Source: an uncultured Chloroflexia bacterium
GTDB lineage: Bacteria > Chloroflexota > Limnocylindria > Limnocylindrales > CSP1-4
Length of the DNA stretch: 64,000 bases
Direction: 5' to 3'
Assembly (NCBI GenBank): GCA_963732805.1
Contig: CAVTAW010000001.1
Span: 1,579,095 to 1,643,094 of the forward strand
The number at the start of each line of letters is the position of its first letter. The stretch's first letter is position 1. Of the stretch, positions 38,623-47,118 are shown piece after piece. Below the pieces are notes generated by a model. The model worked only from the letters and a program-made list of their open reading frames with translations. It did not search any database and was not told the DNA's origin. The translations under genes and the position numbers were made by a program.

Positions 38623-40985
38623 GCCACGGCAGCGCGATCGGGAGTCGCCCTGCCACCGTCCCGCTGTGTCCCGGCGCTGGTCACGCGCGAGGTCGCCGCC
38701 GGACCCGCGCCCAGCGCGTCCAGCAGCCGCAGGGCGAGCGCCTTGCCATCGACGTCAGGCTCGAGCCGGGGACCGGTGCAGGCCGGGCAGCCGGCGTCGC
38801 ACGGGCAGGCGCGGATCAGGTCGGCGGCGCCGCCCACCAGCTCCTGGTGCCGTCCGAACAGCCGCTCGGACAGCCCGACGCCACCCGGCATCGCCTCGTA
38901 CAGGTAGATCGTCGGTGCCTCGTGGTGCGGCGAGCGGACCTGCGACACGAGCCCGAGATCGCGCGGGTCGACCATCAGCAGGACGGCGGCCACCGCCTGG
39001 ATCGCCCGGCCGGCGCCGATGAGCGCCACGTCGAGCTCGTCCCGTCGCCAGCCGGCTCCGGCACCTTCCGCCGTCAGCCAGTAGGCGGTCGTCTGGAGCT
39101 CGATCTCGGGCAGGTCGATCGGCCCCCAGCCGACGTTCTCGTCGGTCACGAACTTGAGCTTCTTGTACAGGGTGACAAGGCTGGCCACCATGACCTCGCC
39201 GTGCACCCGGCTGCCGCCGGTGGCCGGGGCGGTCGCGAACTCGTCGAGCGGCTTGAGCGTCACCGCCCGGTTGGCGTACGTGTAGTGATCTGCGTCGATC
39301 CGATGGACGTAGGCCTTGCGCTCGCCCCACTCGAGCCGGTCCACGTGGTACTGCGTCGACTCGTGCATGTAGATGGCGTGCTCGTGGACGAGCACCTGCG
39401 CCGAGAACAGGTCCACCTCGCCCAGCACGCGCGGCCGGTCCGGTGTCGTGTCGATGATCACGACGTTCTCGGGCGCCGCCGAGCGGAGGGAGATCTCGGA
39501 CGCAGGGAAGTTCTCGGAGCTCCAGTACCAGCGCCCGTCGTCCGCCTGGCGGACCTGGCCGCCCTCGGCCAGGAAGGCGAGCAGCTCGTCAGCCGGTCCC
39601 GGCCCGAACAGGTCACCCGGCTCGAACGGCAGCTCGAAGGTCGCCGCGCGCAGGTGGGCCAGCAGCACGTGGAGGTTGTCGGGATCGAGCCGGGCCTCCT
39701 CGGGGCGTCCGCCGAGCACGAACTCGGGGTGGTGGATCACGTACTGGTCCACAGGCGCCGGGGAGGCGACCAGCACCGCGACGCTGACGTCGCCCCGCCG
39801 CCCCGCTCGACCCATCTGCTGCCACGTGGCCGCGATGGAGCCCGGATAGCCCGCGAGGACCGCGACATCCAGCCGGCCGATGTCCACGCCCAGCTCGAGG
39901 GCGTTGGTGCTGACCACGCCCAGCACCTCGCCGTCACGCAGGCCCCGCTCGATCGAGCGGCGCTCGGTCGGCAGGTAGCCGCCGCGGTAGCCCCGGAGGC
40001 GGTTGCGAGGCCCGAGATCCTGGCGCAGCCGCTCGCGCAGGTTGGAGAGCATGATCTCGACCGCGACACGCGACCGCCCGAACACGACCGTCTGGCGACC
40101 CGCTCTGAGGAACGGCAGCGCCCATCGCTCCGCCAGGGTCATCGCCGAGCCGCGGGCTCCGGTGGCGCCGTCGAGGATCGGCGGATCCACCAGGACCAGG
40201 TGCTTCTCGCCGGCGGGTGCTCCGTTCCGGTCGATCACGCGCACCGGCCTGCCGGTCAGCAGCTCCGCCAGCTCGCCCGGGTTCCCGATCGTCGCCGAGC
40301 AGCACACGATCACCGGGTGGCTGCCGTAGTGCGCGCACAGCCGCAGCAGGCGCCGCAGCACGTTGGCGACGTGGCTGCCGAACACCCCTCGGTACATGTG
40401 GAGCTCGTCCACCACGATCACCCGGAGCTGCTCGAACAGCTGGAACCACTTCGTGTGGTGGGGGAGGATCGCCGAGTGGAGCATGTCCGGGTTGGTGACC
40501 ACGACCTGCCCGGCCTTGCGGATCGCCGAGCGGATGGGAGCCGGCGTGTCCCCGTCGTAGCACGCCGACGAGACCTGGAGGCCGGCGTCGCGCACCAGCT
40601 CCGAGAGCTCGGCGACCTGGTCCTGGCCCAGGGCCTTGGTGGGGAACAGGAACAGCGCCCGGGCCGACGGATCCTCGGCCAGCGCCTGGAGCACGGGCAC
40701 CGTGTAGCACAGGGACTTGCCCGACGCGGTGGGCGTGACGACCACGACGTCCTCGCCGGCATGCACGGCTTCGATCGCCTCAGCCTGGTGGACATACGGC
40801 CGCTCGATCCCTCGGCTGGCGAGACCGCCGCGGATGCGCGGATCCAGCCAGGCCGGCCAGTCAGCGAGGCTTGCGGTCCGTGCCTCGCGAACCTCGTGAT
40901 GGACGACGCCCCGTGCCAGGGACGGCTCCTCCTCGAGGATCCGGTCCAGCACGGCCTTCGTGGTCGCCGGGGCATAGGTGCGCAT
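38619..40985 (-). CDS. DEAD/DEAH-box helicase with C-terminal DUF1998 zinc domain (MrfA/YprA-like)
   Basis: Motifs are Walker A TPTASGKS, DEXH VVDELH, SAT, and QQMGRAGRRG. The C-terminal 4-Cys cluster is CPCDAGCPAC. ATG 40985 follows GGAGG. The ORF track extends 23 codons further, to 41054. Confidence 0.85.
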   Translation of the reverse strand: MRTYAPATTKAVLDRILEEEPSLARGVVHHEVREARTASLADWPAWLDPRIRGGLASRGIERPYVHQAEAIEAVHAGEDVVVVTPTASGKSLCYTVPVLQALAEDPSARALFLFPTKALGQDQVAELSELVRDAGLQVSSACYDGDTPAPIRSAIRKAGQVVVTNPDMLHSAILPHHTKWFQLFEQLRVIVVDELHMYRGVFGSHVANVLRRLLRLCAHYGSHPVIVCCSATIGNPGELAELLTGRPVRVIDRNGAPAGEKHLVLVDPPILDGATGARGSAMTLAERWALPFLRAGRQTVVFGRSRVAVEIMLSNLRERLRQDLGPRNRLRGYRGGYLPTERRSIERGLRDGEVLGVVSTNALELGVDIGRLDVAVLAGYPGSIAATWQQMGRAGRRGDVSVAVLVASPAPVDQYVIHHPEFVLGGRPEEARLDPDNLHVLLAHLRAATFELPFEPGDLFGPGPADELLAFLAEGGQVRQADDGRWYWSSENFPASEISLRSAAPENVVIIDTTPDRPRVLGEVDLFSAQVLVHEHAIYMHESTQYHVDRLEWGERKAYVHRIDADHYTYANRAVTLKPLDEFATAPATGGSRVHGEVMVASLVTLYKKLKFVTDENVGWGPIDLPEIELQTTAYWLTAEGAGAGWRRDELDVALIGAGRAIQAVAAVLLMVDPRDLGLVSQVRSPHHEAPTIYLYEAMPGGVGLSERLFGRHQELVGGAADLIRACPCDAGCPACTGPRLEPDVDGKALALRLLDALGAGPAATSRVTSAGTQRDGGRATPDRAAVA

Positions 40986-41162
40986 GCGGCCTCCGGTGGG
41001 ATGGCATTTCGAACGGATGATCGATTTCGACGGCAGTCTACGCCACGATCGCAAGGGCGGGTGACAGCTCTGGTGTCACGACTCCTGCGGATCACTGGAC
41101 CTCGGATCGTGAGCACGGCAGCGGCGATCGGGCGCGCCCGGACCGCCGCAACGCGGATCGAG

Positions 41163-41191
41163 TTGACAGCCGAATCGGGCGCAGCTACCCT
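41163..41191 (+). promoter_or_regulatory. Promoter TTGACA-N17-TACCCT, 7 nt before the ATG at 41199 (leaderless)
   Basis: Read directly: gaGTTGACAgccgaatcgggcgcagcTACCCTcggcccgATG. Confidence 0.45.
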
Positions 41192-41198
41192 CGGCCCG

Positions 41199-41777
41199 AT
41201 GCCCCGACCCGTGGCGCGATCCAAGGCCGCCGACCCCGAGCCCGAGTCTGCCTCGCGCTCGAAGGACAGCCCGCGTCCGGAGCAGGATTCCGCGCCCGCT
41301 GCCGCCGCGGCCTCCGGTGCATCATCGATCTCGCTGGCGGACCTGCCGGTCGCCGGCCTGACCCGCCGTCGGATCGGGCTCCTGGTCGGCGCCGTCGTGG
41401 CCGCCTGGATCATCGTGCTGTTCGCGCGCCAGGTCGGCGAGGCGAGCGAGGCGACCGGCCGCGCCGATGCGATGCGGGTCTCGAACGCGAGCCTCGAGGC
41501 GGACGTGGCTGCCCTCACCCGGGAGCTCGACACGATCCAGCGCCAGGATTACATCGAGCAGCAGGCGCGCGAGTACCGGCTGGGCACGACGCGCGAGATC
41601 CCGTTCATCCTGGCCGACGACGCGCCGCCCCTTGCCGCCGACGCGCCGGGCTCCGCGGCCGTCAAGCTGGGCGCCATCGGGGATCGCCCGACGCCGCTCG
41701 AGTCGTGGCTCAACCTGCTGTTCGGGCCGGCCTCGGACCCGGCCGCCGCGCCTGCCGGGTCGCTGTCCGGAGGCTGA
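41199..41777 (+). CDS. Septum formation initiator (FtsB/DivIC-like) family protein
   Basis: This is the last 193 codons of ORF 38847..41777. It has a basic/Pro-rich N-terminus, a single TM (IGLLVGAVVAAWIIVLFA), a coiled-coil segment (NASLEADVAALTRELDTIQRQDYIEQQAREYRLG) and a C-terminal tail. Confidence 0.65.
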   Translation: MPRPVARSKAADPEPESASRSKDSPRPEQDSAPAAAAASGASSISLADLPVAGLTRRRIGLLVGAVVAAWIIVLFARQVGEASEATGRADAMRVSNASLEADVAALTRELDTIQRQDYIEQQAREYRLGTTREIPFILADDAPPLAADAPGSAAVKLGAIGDRPTPLESWLNLLFGPASDPAAAPAGSLSGG

Positions 41778-41945
41778 TCGCGCTCCCGGGTGCCCGATCG
41801 GGCCGGGGTGCTCGGTGCCCGCGCGATTGCACGTCCACTCGGCATCGGCGCGCCCTATGCTGGGGTCGGGCGTCCGGGTGCGCGCGGACGCGATCCGGAG
41901 GCGTCGGCGACCGGCGGGTCGCGAGGGAGGGTGGGGCACGATCGC

Positions 41946-42515
41946 ATGATCACGATCCCGGTCGAGGATTGGGTGTTCGCGGTGGCCGCGCTGGTCGGCG
42001 GCGTGCTCCTGCTGCTCAACATCGTCCTGGACGACGTGTTGGGCGGCGTGTTCGACGCGATCGGCGTCGGCTTCGACTTCGGCGAGACGTCGATCACGCC
42101 CATCCTGCTCGGCTTCATCGGCATGTTCGGCGCGGGCGGCCTGTTCGCGACCCAGGTCATGGACGTGCACGGCGGCCAGGCGGCGATCGTGGGCGTCATC
42201 GCAGGGCTGGGAGGTGCGGGCGTTGCCGGCGCCCTGTTCGGGCTCCTGCGCCGGAGCGAGAGCGAGGAGCCGTTCAACCTGGCGGATCTGGTCGGTGGCA
42301 CGGCGTACGTGAGCGTCGCCATCCCCGCCAACCGGTTCGGCAGCGTGCTCGTCAAGGCCGAGGGCCAGACGCACGAGTTCGCCGCCACGGCCGACAGCGA
42401 CGTCGCGGCGGGGCGAACCGTGTCGATCGTCGGCATCGCGGGCAACGCCGTCATCGTGCGCGACACCGGGGCATCGTCGGCGGTACCGCCGCCGTCGGGG
42501 ACAGGAGAGGGATAG
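41946..42515 (+). CDS. NfeD-like/YqiJ-like membrane protein (flotillin partner)
   Basis: 189 aa with hydrophobic N-terminal segments and a C-terminal OB-like segment (GGTAYVSVAIPANRFGSVLVKAEGQTHEFAATADSDVAAGRTVSIVG). It ends 5 nt upstream of the flotillin gene. Confidence 0.6.
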   Translation: MITIPVEDWVFAVAALVGGVLLLLNIVLDDVLGGVFDAIGVGFDFGETSITPILLGFIGMFGAGGLFATQVMDVHGGQAAIVGVIAGLGGAGVAGALFGLLRRSESEEPFNLADLVGGTAYVSVAIPANRFGSVLVKAEGQTHEFAATADSDVAAGRTVSIVGIAGNAVIVRDTGASSAVPPPSGTGEG

Positions 42516-42519
42516 GCAG

Positions 42520-44643
42520 ATGCAGGGGCTGGTCGACTTCCTGGGTGGCGGCGTGATCGCGGTCATCATCCCCATCCTGATCCTGGCCCTGCTGTTCGTG
42601 TACGCGACCAGCCGGGTCAAGGTCGCGGGCGCCAACGAGGCGCTGGTCCGGACCGGCGGGGTGTTCGGCGGAGCCCCGGCGCAGCTCAAGGTGGTGCGGG
42701 CCGGGCGCGTCATCGTTCTGCCCCTGGTGCACAAGCTGGGCCGGCTCCACCTGTCCGCGCGCCAGATCAACATCGCGCTCTCGGACGCGGTGACCAAGCA
42801 GGGCATCAAGGTCGCGGTCCAGGGCGTGGCGACCGTCAAGATCGGGGGCGACGAGGAGTCCATCCGCAACGCCGCCGAGCGCTTCCTGGACGGCGAGCAG
42901 CTGCTCGACTCGATCGTCAAGAACGTCCTTGAGGGCTCGTTGCGCTCGATCGTCGGAACGCTGACGGTGGAGGAGCTCAACTACGACCGCCAGAAGTTCC
43001 AGCAGGAGGTCCAGAGCGCAGCCAAGGCGGACCTCGCCACGTCCGGCCTCGCGATCGACAACTTCACGATCCAGGCGATCCGCGACGAGGTCGGGTACAT
43101 GGACCTCATCGGCCAGCAGGAGACGGCCCGCCGCGAGCGGGACGCCCGGATGGCCAAGGCGACCGCCGACCAGGAGGCGGCCGTCCGCGAGGCGGAGGCC
43201 CAGCAGGTCAAGCTCAACGCGCAGCGGGATGTCGCGCTTCGCCAGGCCGACGTCGTCGCCCAGACGGCGGCGGCGGAGGCCAAGGCCGCCCAGGCCGGTC
43301 CGCTGGCCCAGGCCGAGGCTCAGCAGGAGGTCGTCCGGCGCCAGACGGAGCTCGCCCAGCTCGAAGCCGACCGCACCCAGAAGGAGCTGGTCGCGAGCAC
43401 GGTCCGGCCGGCCGAGGCGGAGGCCGACGCCCAGGTCAAGCGTGCCGAGGGCGACAAGCTGGCCCGGATCGCCCAGGCGCAGGCCGACGCGGAGCGAGTC
43501 AAGCTGGCGGGTCAGGCGGAGGCGTCGGTCCAGGTGACCAAGGGAGAGGCGCAGGCACGGGTGACCGAGGTCAACGCCGAGGCCGTTGCCAAGCAGACCA
43601 CGCTCGAGGGCAACGCCGAGGCCGGCATCGTGTTCACCAGGGGCGAGGCCGAGGCCAAGGCCCTGGCGCTCCGGGCCGAGGCCTATCGGCAGTTCAACGA
43701 GGCCGCGATCATCACGACCGTGCTCTCGATGCTGCCCGAGATCGTCCGCGCGGCAGCCGAGCCCATGAGCGCCATCGACAACCTCACGGTGCTGTCCTCC
43801 GATGGCGCGTCCGACGTCGTGAAGAACGCCACCCGAACCGTTGCCGAGGCGGCCACGACCGTCAAGGGGCTCACCGGCATCGACATCCCGCAGCTGCTCA
43901 ACAATGCCCTGGGCGACAGCGGCGCCGGAGAGGCGCCAGCCCCGGCCGCGTCGTCCCAGCGGGCACGTCGCCGGCCGGGCCCAGGGGAGGGCGGCGGCAC
44001 GCCCGGATCGGGAGGCGGCGGCACGCCCGGATCGGGCGGGGGCGGTACGCGGCCGCCACGCGGCACGGGACCCGCGCCGACCGGCGGGGCGGCAGCCACT
44101 GGCCGCGAGGCACCGCCCGAGGCGCGCCCTGCCGATGCGGTGCCCGACGTGTCGGCATCGCCCACGCCGCCAACCTCAACTCCGACCGCAGGCGTGACGG
44201 CGTCCACCCCGCTCAGCCCGGAGGAGCAGTTTGCGCAGGCGGAGGAGCGCATGAGGAAGGCGACCGAGCAGGCAGCCGTGCCGGGCGCGGACTCCCTCGG
44301 CGGGCTGAGCTCGCCGCTGCCGCCGATGGCGCCGGTGTCCGATGTGCGGCCGGGGGACCGCCGGCCCTCGACTGCCGCGGCCGCCCGCGTCGCCGGCCTC
44401 GACGAGTCGACGACCCTCAACGAGGCCGCCACGAAGCTCGCCGCGGAGCTGTCCCGGATCCCCGGCATCGAGCGGTTCGGTGGCACACGGCTGCGAGACC
44501 TCGAGCGCAGCGGTCCTCGCACGTTGCGATCGCTGTGGGGGGCGAGCCGCAGCCAGCTCCAGGCGCGCTACGGCGACGTCACGATCGGCGCCCTGCTCGA
44601 CCAGTACGAGCGACATCGTGGCGGCCCGGGTGCCAGCCACTGA
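42520..44643 (+). CDS. Flotillin (SPFH domain, FloT/YuaG-like) with long Ala/Glu/Gln coiled-coil and a roughly 200-aa C-terminal extension
   Basis: 707 aa with an N-terminal TM, an SPFH core (LDSIVKNVLEGSLRSIVGTLTVEELNYDRQKFQ) and EA-repeat flotillin heptads. These are followed by a Gly/Pro-rich linker containing a 24-nt tandem repeat (GGGTPGSG x2) and a structured tail. Confidence 0.85.
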   Translation: MQGLVDFLGGGVIAVIIPILILALLFVYATSRVKVAGANEALVRTGGVFGGAPAQLKVVRAGRVIVLPLVHKLGRLHLSARQINIALSDAVTKQGIKVAVQGVATVKIGGDEESIRNAAERFLDGEQLLDSIVKNVLEGSLRSIVGTLTVEELNYDRQKFQQEVQSAAKADLATSGLAIDNFTIQAIRDEVGYMDLIGQQETARRERDARMAKATADQEAAVREAEAQQVKLNAQRDVALRQADVVAQTAAAEAKAAQAGPLAQAEAQQEVVRRQTELAQLEADRTQKELVASTVRPAEAEADAQVKRAEGDKLARIAQAQADAERVKLAGQAEASVQVTKGEAQARVTEVNAEAVAKQTTLEGNAEAGIVFTRGEAEAKALALRAEAYRQFNEAAIITTVLSMLPEIVRAAAEPMSAIDNLTVLSSDGASDVVKNATRTVAEAATTVKGLTGIDIPQLLNNALGDSGAGEAPAPAASSQRARRRPGPGEGGGTPGSGGGGTPGSGGGGTRPPRGTGPAPTGGAAATGREAPPEARPADAVPDVSASPTPPTSTPTAGVTASTPLSPEEQFAQAEERMRKATEQAAVPGADSLGGLSSPLPPMAPVSDVRPGDRRPSTAAAARVAGLDESTTLNEAATKLAAELSRIPGIERFGGTRLRDLERSGPRTLRSLWGASRSQLQARYGDVTIGALLDQYERHRGGPGASH

Positions 44644-44692
44644 TCCGGCCGGGAGCCGCTGACCCGCACCCGGCCCGGCGTCCCGTTACAGG

Positions 44693-45505
44693 GTGCATGG
44701 CGCCATGAACGACGGCGGGCAGGCGACGAACGACGGCGGGCAGGCGACGAACGACGGCGCGCAGGCCACGAACGATGGCGCGCAGGTCGCCGGCGGGCCC
44801 GGACTCCTCGCGCGGCTCGCCCGATGGCTGCGCGTCGAGGACGCTCTGATCGCCATCGTGGGCTTCGTCGGCGTCCCGCTGCTCGTGCAGGCGACCGGGG
44901 CCGGCTCGGTGCCTGCGCCGGGCACCGACCTCGGGTCGCCGCTCACCGGCTGGCTGGGCTTGGCCGCCATCCTCGGCGTGCTCGCCTGCCTGTGCACCAG
45001 GGGCGCGGGCGAGCCCGCGCCGTTCGGGGACGGCCAGCTCACGTTCGAGGGCTGGGCACGGTTCCCGCTGCTCGCCGGCGTGGGCATCGTCGCGACCGAG
45101 ACGCTGCCCGGGATCGGGCTGGACGGCGATCCGTGGGTCGGGATCACGTTCGTTGTCGTGTTGGTCAGCGTGCTCGCGTATCGCTGGCTGCCCGTCGCCC
45201 CGGTCATCGTGCGGCGGGCGTTGGTGACGCCGATGGCGATCCTGGCCGCGGGCGCCTTCGACCAGATCATGGGATCCGGCCTCTCGGACATCGTCCGGAG
45301 CCTGGTCAGGGGCGAGGCGCCACCCGAGATGAATGCGTTCCTGCCGCTCATCATCGGCGCGGTCGCGGTGATGTACGTGGTGCTGGTCGCGGCGCCACGC
45401 GCGATCGCCGATCCCGGAGCCAGCGGGCTCGTGTGGGCCGTGCGGTTCCTGTTCCTGCTGGGCGCCGTCGTGACCGGCAACGTCCTGTTCGGTGCCGTTG
45501 CCTGA
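44693..45505 (+). CDS. Hypothetical polytopic membrane protein with N-terminal heptapeptide repeats
   Basis: 270 aa with at least 6 hydrophobic segments. The start is GTG 44693 or ATG 44705. The N-terminus is NDGGQAT x4. Confidence 0.6.
   Translation: MHGAMNDGGQATNDGGQATNDGAQATNDGAQVAGGPGLLARLARWLRVEDALIAIVGFVGVPLLVQATGAGSVPAPGTDLGSPLTGWLGLAAILGVLACLCTRGAGEPAPFGDGQLTFEGWARFPLLAGVGIVATETLPGIGLDGDPWVGITFVVVLVSVLAYRWLPVAPVIVRRALVTPMAILAAGAFDQIMGSGLSDIVRSLVRGEAPPEMNAFLPLIIGAVAVMYVVLVAAPRAIADPGASGLVWAVRFLFLLGAVVTGNVLFGAVA
44708..44791 (+). repeat. 21-nt in-frame tandem repeat x4 (AACGACGGCGGGCAGGCGACG and variants)
   Basis: Read directly. Copies 1 and 2 are identical. Copies 3 and 4 each carry 3 or more substitutions. 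Confidence 0.8.
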
Positions 45506-45535
45506 GCGGCACCGGTTCCGCGATGCTCCTCGAGA

Positions 45536-46645
45536 TCAGTGCAGGATCTTCTGGGCGACCTTCTGGGCGGTCGCGCAGATCGACGGCGCCGTGATGACTC
45601 CGGAATCCGTTGCCCCCAGATCCGGGACGGAGCCGTCGGACGGTCCGCTGAGGCTGACGTAGACGAGGGTGTCGCCCTTGCGGACCAGCACGCCGGCCTG
45701 GCCCGTCAGGGCATAGCCGGTGCAGAACGCCTCGTCGCCGACGCCGGACACGTCGCCCCCGAAGTAGCCGCTGCTCTCGATCGACACCCCGTTACCCTGG
45801 TCCTGCGACGTCGGCCCGGCATTCTGGCGCTCCTGCTGGAAGACGGCGCTTGCATCGCCTCCCGAGTAGCGGGCGATCCGGCCGATGGGGCTCGATCCGT
45901 CCGAGGTGATCCAGCAGTCCTCGGCATCGGGCAGCACCCGCTTGTCGAGGATCAGGCCGAGGGTCGCATCGAAGAAGCCCTCGAGCTTGATCGCCGACGC
46001 GCTCGAGCCCAGCGCGTCGGAGAGATCAGCGTCGGAGATGATCGCGCAGGGCGTTCCGATGCTGCCGTCGCTGTTGACGCCCACGGACTCGGCGACCCGG
46101 TTGACGAACAGGCCCAGGGCGACGATCAGGAGCACCACCAGGATCACGCCGATCACGGCGACGATGAGGCAGGCCTTGAGGCAGCCGTTGTTGCGCGAGG
46201 CCGCGGCGACGGGCTGGGGGCTCCAGCCGCCCGGCGGCACACCTCCGGCCGCCTGCGGGCCCGGCGGGGGAGCACCCCAGCCTCCGGCGGGCTGCGCCGG
46301 GGGCGTGGCCGGCGGAGGCTGGCCCCAGCCCGGCTGCTGTGGCTGTGCGACCGGCGGGACCGGGGAAGGCTGCGCCGGCGGCACCGGTGCCGGCTGGGCG
46401 GGTTGGTCACCCCAACCGGGGACGCCGCCGGGCTGAGCGGGCGACGGCGGCGCCGGTTCGGGCTGTGCCGGCTGCTGGCCCCAGCCGGGCACAGCCCCAG
46501 GTGCGGTTCCCGGCGCCGCGGCCGGGCCGGGCTGCGGGGATCCCGGCTGCGGCGGTGACGGCTGCCCGGCCGCGTCCGCCGGGTTCTCGGCCGGCTGCTG
46601 ACCCCAACCGGGGACGGCCCCGGGACGCGGCGGCTCGCTGGACAT
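45536..46645 (-). CDS. Pro-rich single-pass membrane protein with Cys-containing extracytoplasmic domain (DUF3558-like by resemblance)
   Basis: ORF 45536..46987 is trimmed to ATG 46645, which is preceded by GGGGAGAGGA. The longer version would overlap the tRNA gene. The protein has repeated VPGWGQQPA motifs, a TM (CLIVAVIGVILVVLLIVALGLFV) and then TPCAIISDADLSDALG... Confidence 0.6.
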   Translation of the reverse strand: MSSEPPRPGAVPGWGQQPAENPADAAGQPSPPQPGSPQPGPAAAPGTAPGAVPGWGQQPAQPEPAPPSPAQPGGVPGWGDQPAQPAPVPPAQPSPVPPVAQPQQPGWGQPPPATPPAQPAGGWGAPPPGPQAAGGVPPGGWSPQPVAAASRNNGCLKACLIVAVIGVILVVLLIVALGLFVNRVAESVGVNSDGSIGTPCAIISDADLSDALGSSASAIKLEGFFDATLGLILDKRVLPDAEDCWITSDGSSPIGRIARYSGGDASAVFQQERQNAGPTSQDQGNGVSIESSGYFGGDVSGVGDEAFCTGYALTGQAGVLVRKGDTLVYVSLSGPSDGSVPDLGATDSGVITAPSICATAQKVAQKILH

Positions 46646-46740
46646 CGTTTCCTCTCCCCGATGACGGTCTCGATGGCGGGACATTGTCCCGGTTCCATGG
46701 CCAGGACTCAATGCCCTATCTCGCGGCCCGGGCCACACGG

Positions 46741-46769
46741 TGGCAGCGGGGCGGCGCTGTCGGTAGAAT
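46741..46769 (+). promoter_or_regulatory. Candidate tRNA promoter TGGCAG-N17-TAGAAT
   Basis: Read directly. The -10 box ends 11 nt before the mature tRNA 5' end. Confidence 0.35.
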
Positions 46770-46780
46770 CCGGCGGCCAC

Positions 46781-46856
46781 GGCGGAGTAGCTCAGTGGTA
46801 GAGCAGGGGACTCATAAGCCCTTGGTCGGTGGTTCGAAATCCGCCCTCCGCTACCA
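46781..46856 (+). tRNA. tRNA-Met (anticodon CAT), CCA encoded
   Basis: Hand-folded. Acceptor GGCGGAG pairs with CTCCGCT (G1-U72). D arm is GCTC-AGTGGTA-GAGC. The anticodon loop is CTCATAA. T arm is GGTGG/CCGCC. Anomalies are an 8-nt T loop (TTCGAAAT) and an A31-G39 mismatch. Met versus Ile2 (lysidine) cannot be told apart from sequence alone. Confidence 0.8.
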
Positions 46857-46868
46857 CCGCTCATCCCA

Positions 46869-46895
46869 CGCCCGGGCGACGTCCCGGGCGTTCGG
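46869..46895 (+). terminator. Hairpin CGCCCGGG-cgacgt-CCCGGGCG followed by TTCGGCTT, downstream of the tRNA
   Basis: It has an 8-bp GC stem read directly. The U-tract is weak. Confidence 0.4.
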
Positions 46896-47118
46896 CTTCC
46901 CGGTGCCCGGCACGCGCAGCGGTCGGCGAGGCGCCGCCCGGACATCGTGGCGATTCCTGAACCCGGATTCAATCCCGGCGATGCCATCTGGCACCCACAG
47001 GAGGCGGGACTCCTGATACGGTCGGTCCGGAACGGGAAACCGGGCGTCCCGGACCCCGGCGCTATACTCGCCCGAATGCCGGATCGCTACCGGCCCCTGG
47101 GACACGGAGGCGCTCCGT

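Noticed and set aside
38847-41777. A 976-aa plus-strand ORF.
   Set aside because: The first roughly 780 codons are antisense to the well-supported MrfA-like helicase. Only the last 193 codons (ATG 41199, FtsB-like, with its own promoter) look genuine.
45536-46987. The full 483-aa version of the Pro-rich protein ORF.
   Set aside because: The first 114 codons overlap the tRNA-Met gene on the opposite strand and are Arg/Gly-rich junk. A strong ribosome-binding site precedes the internal ATG at 46645.
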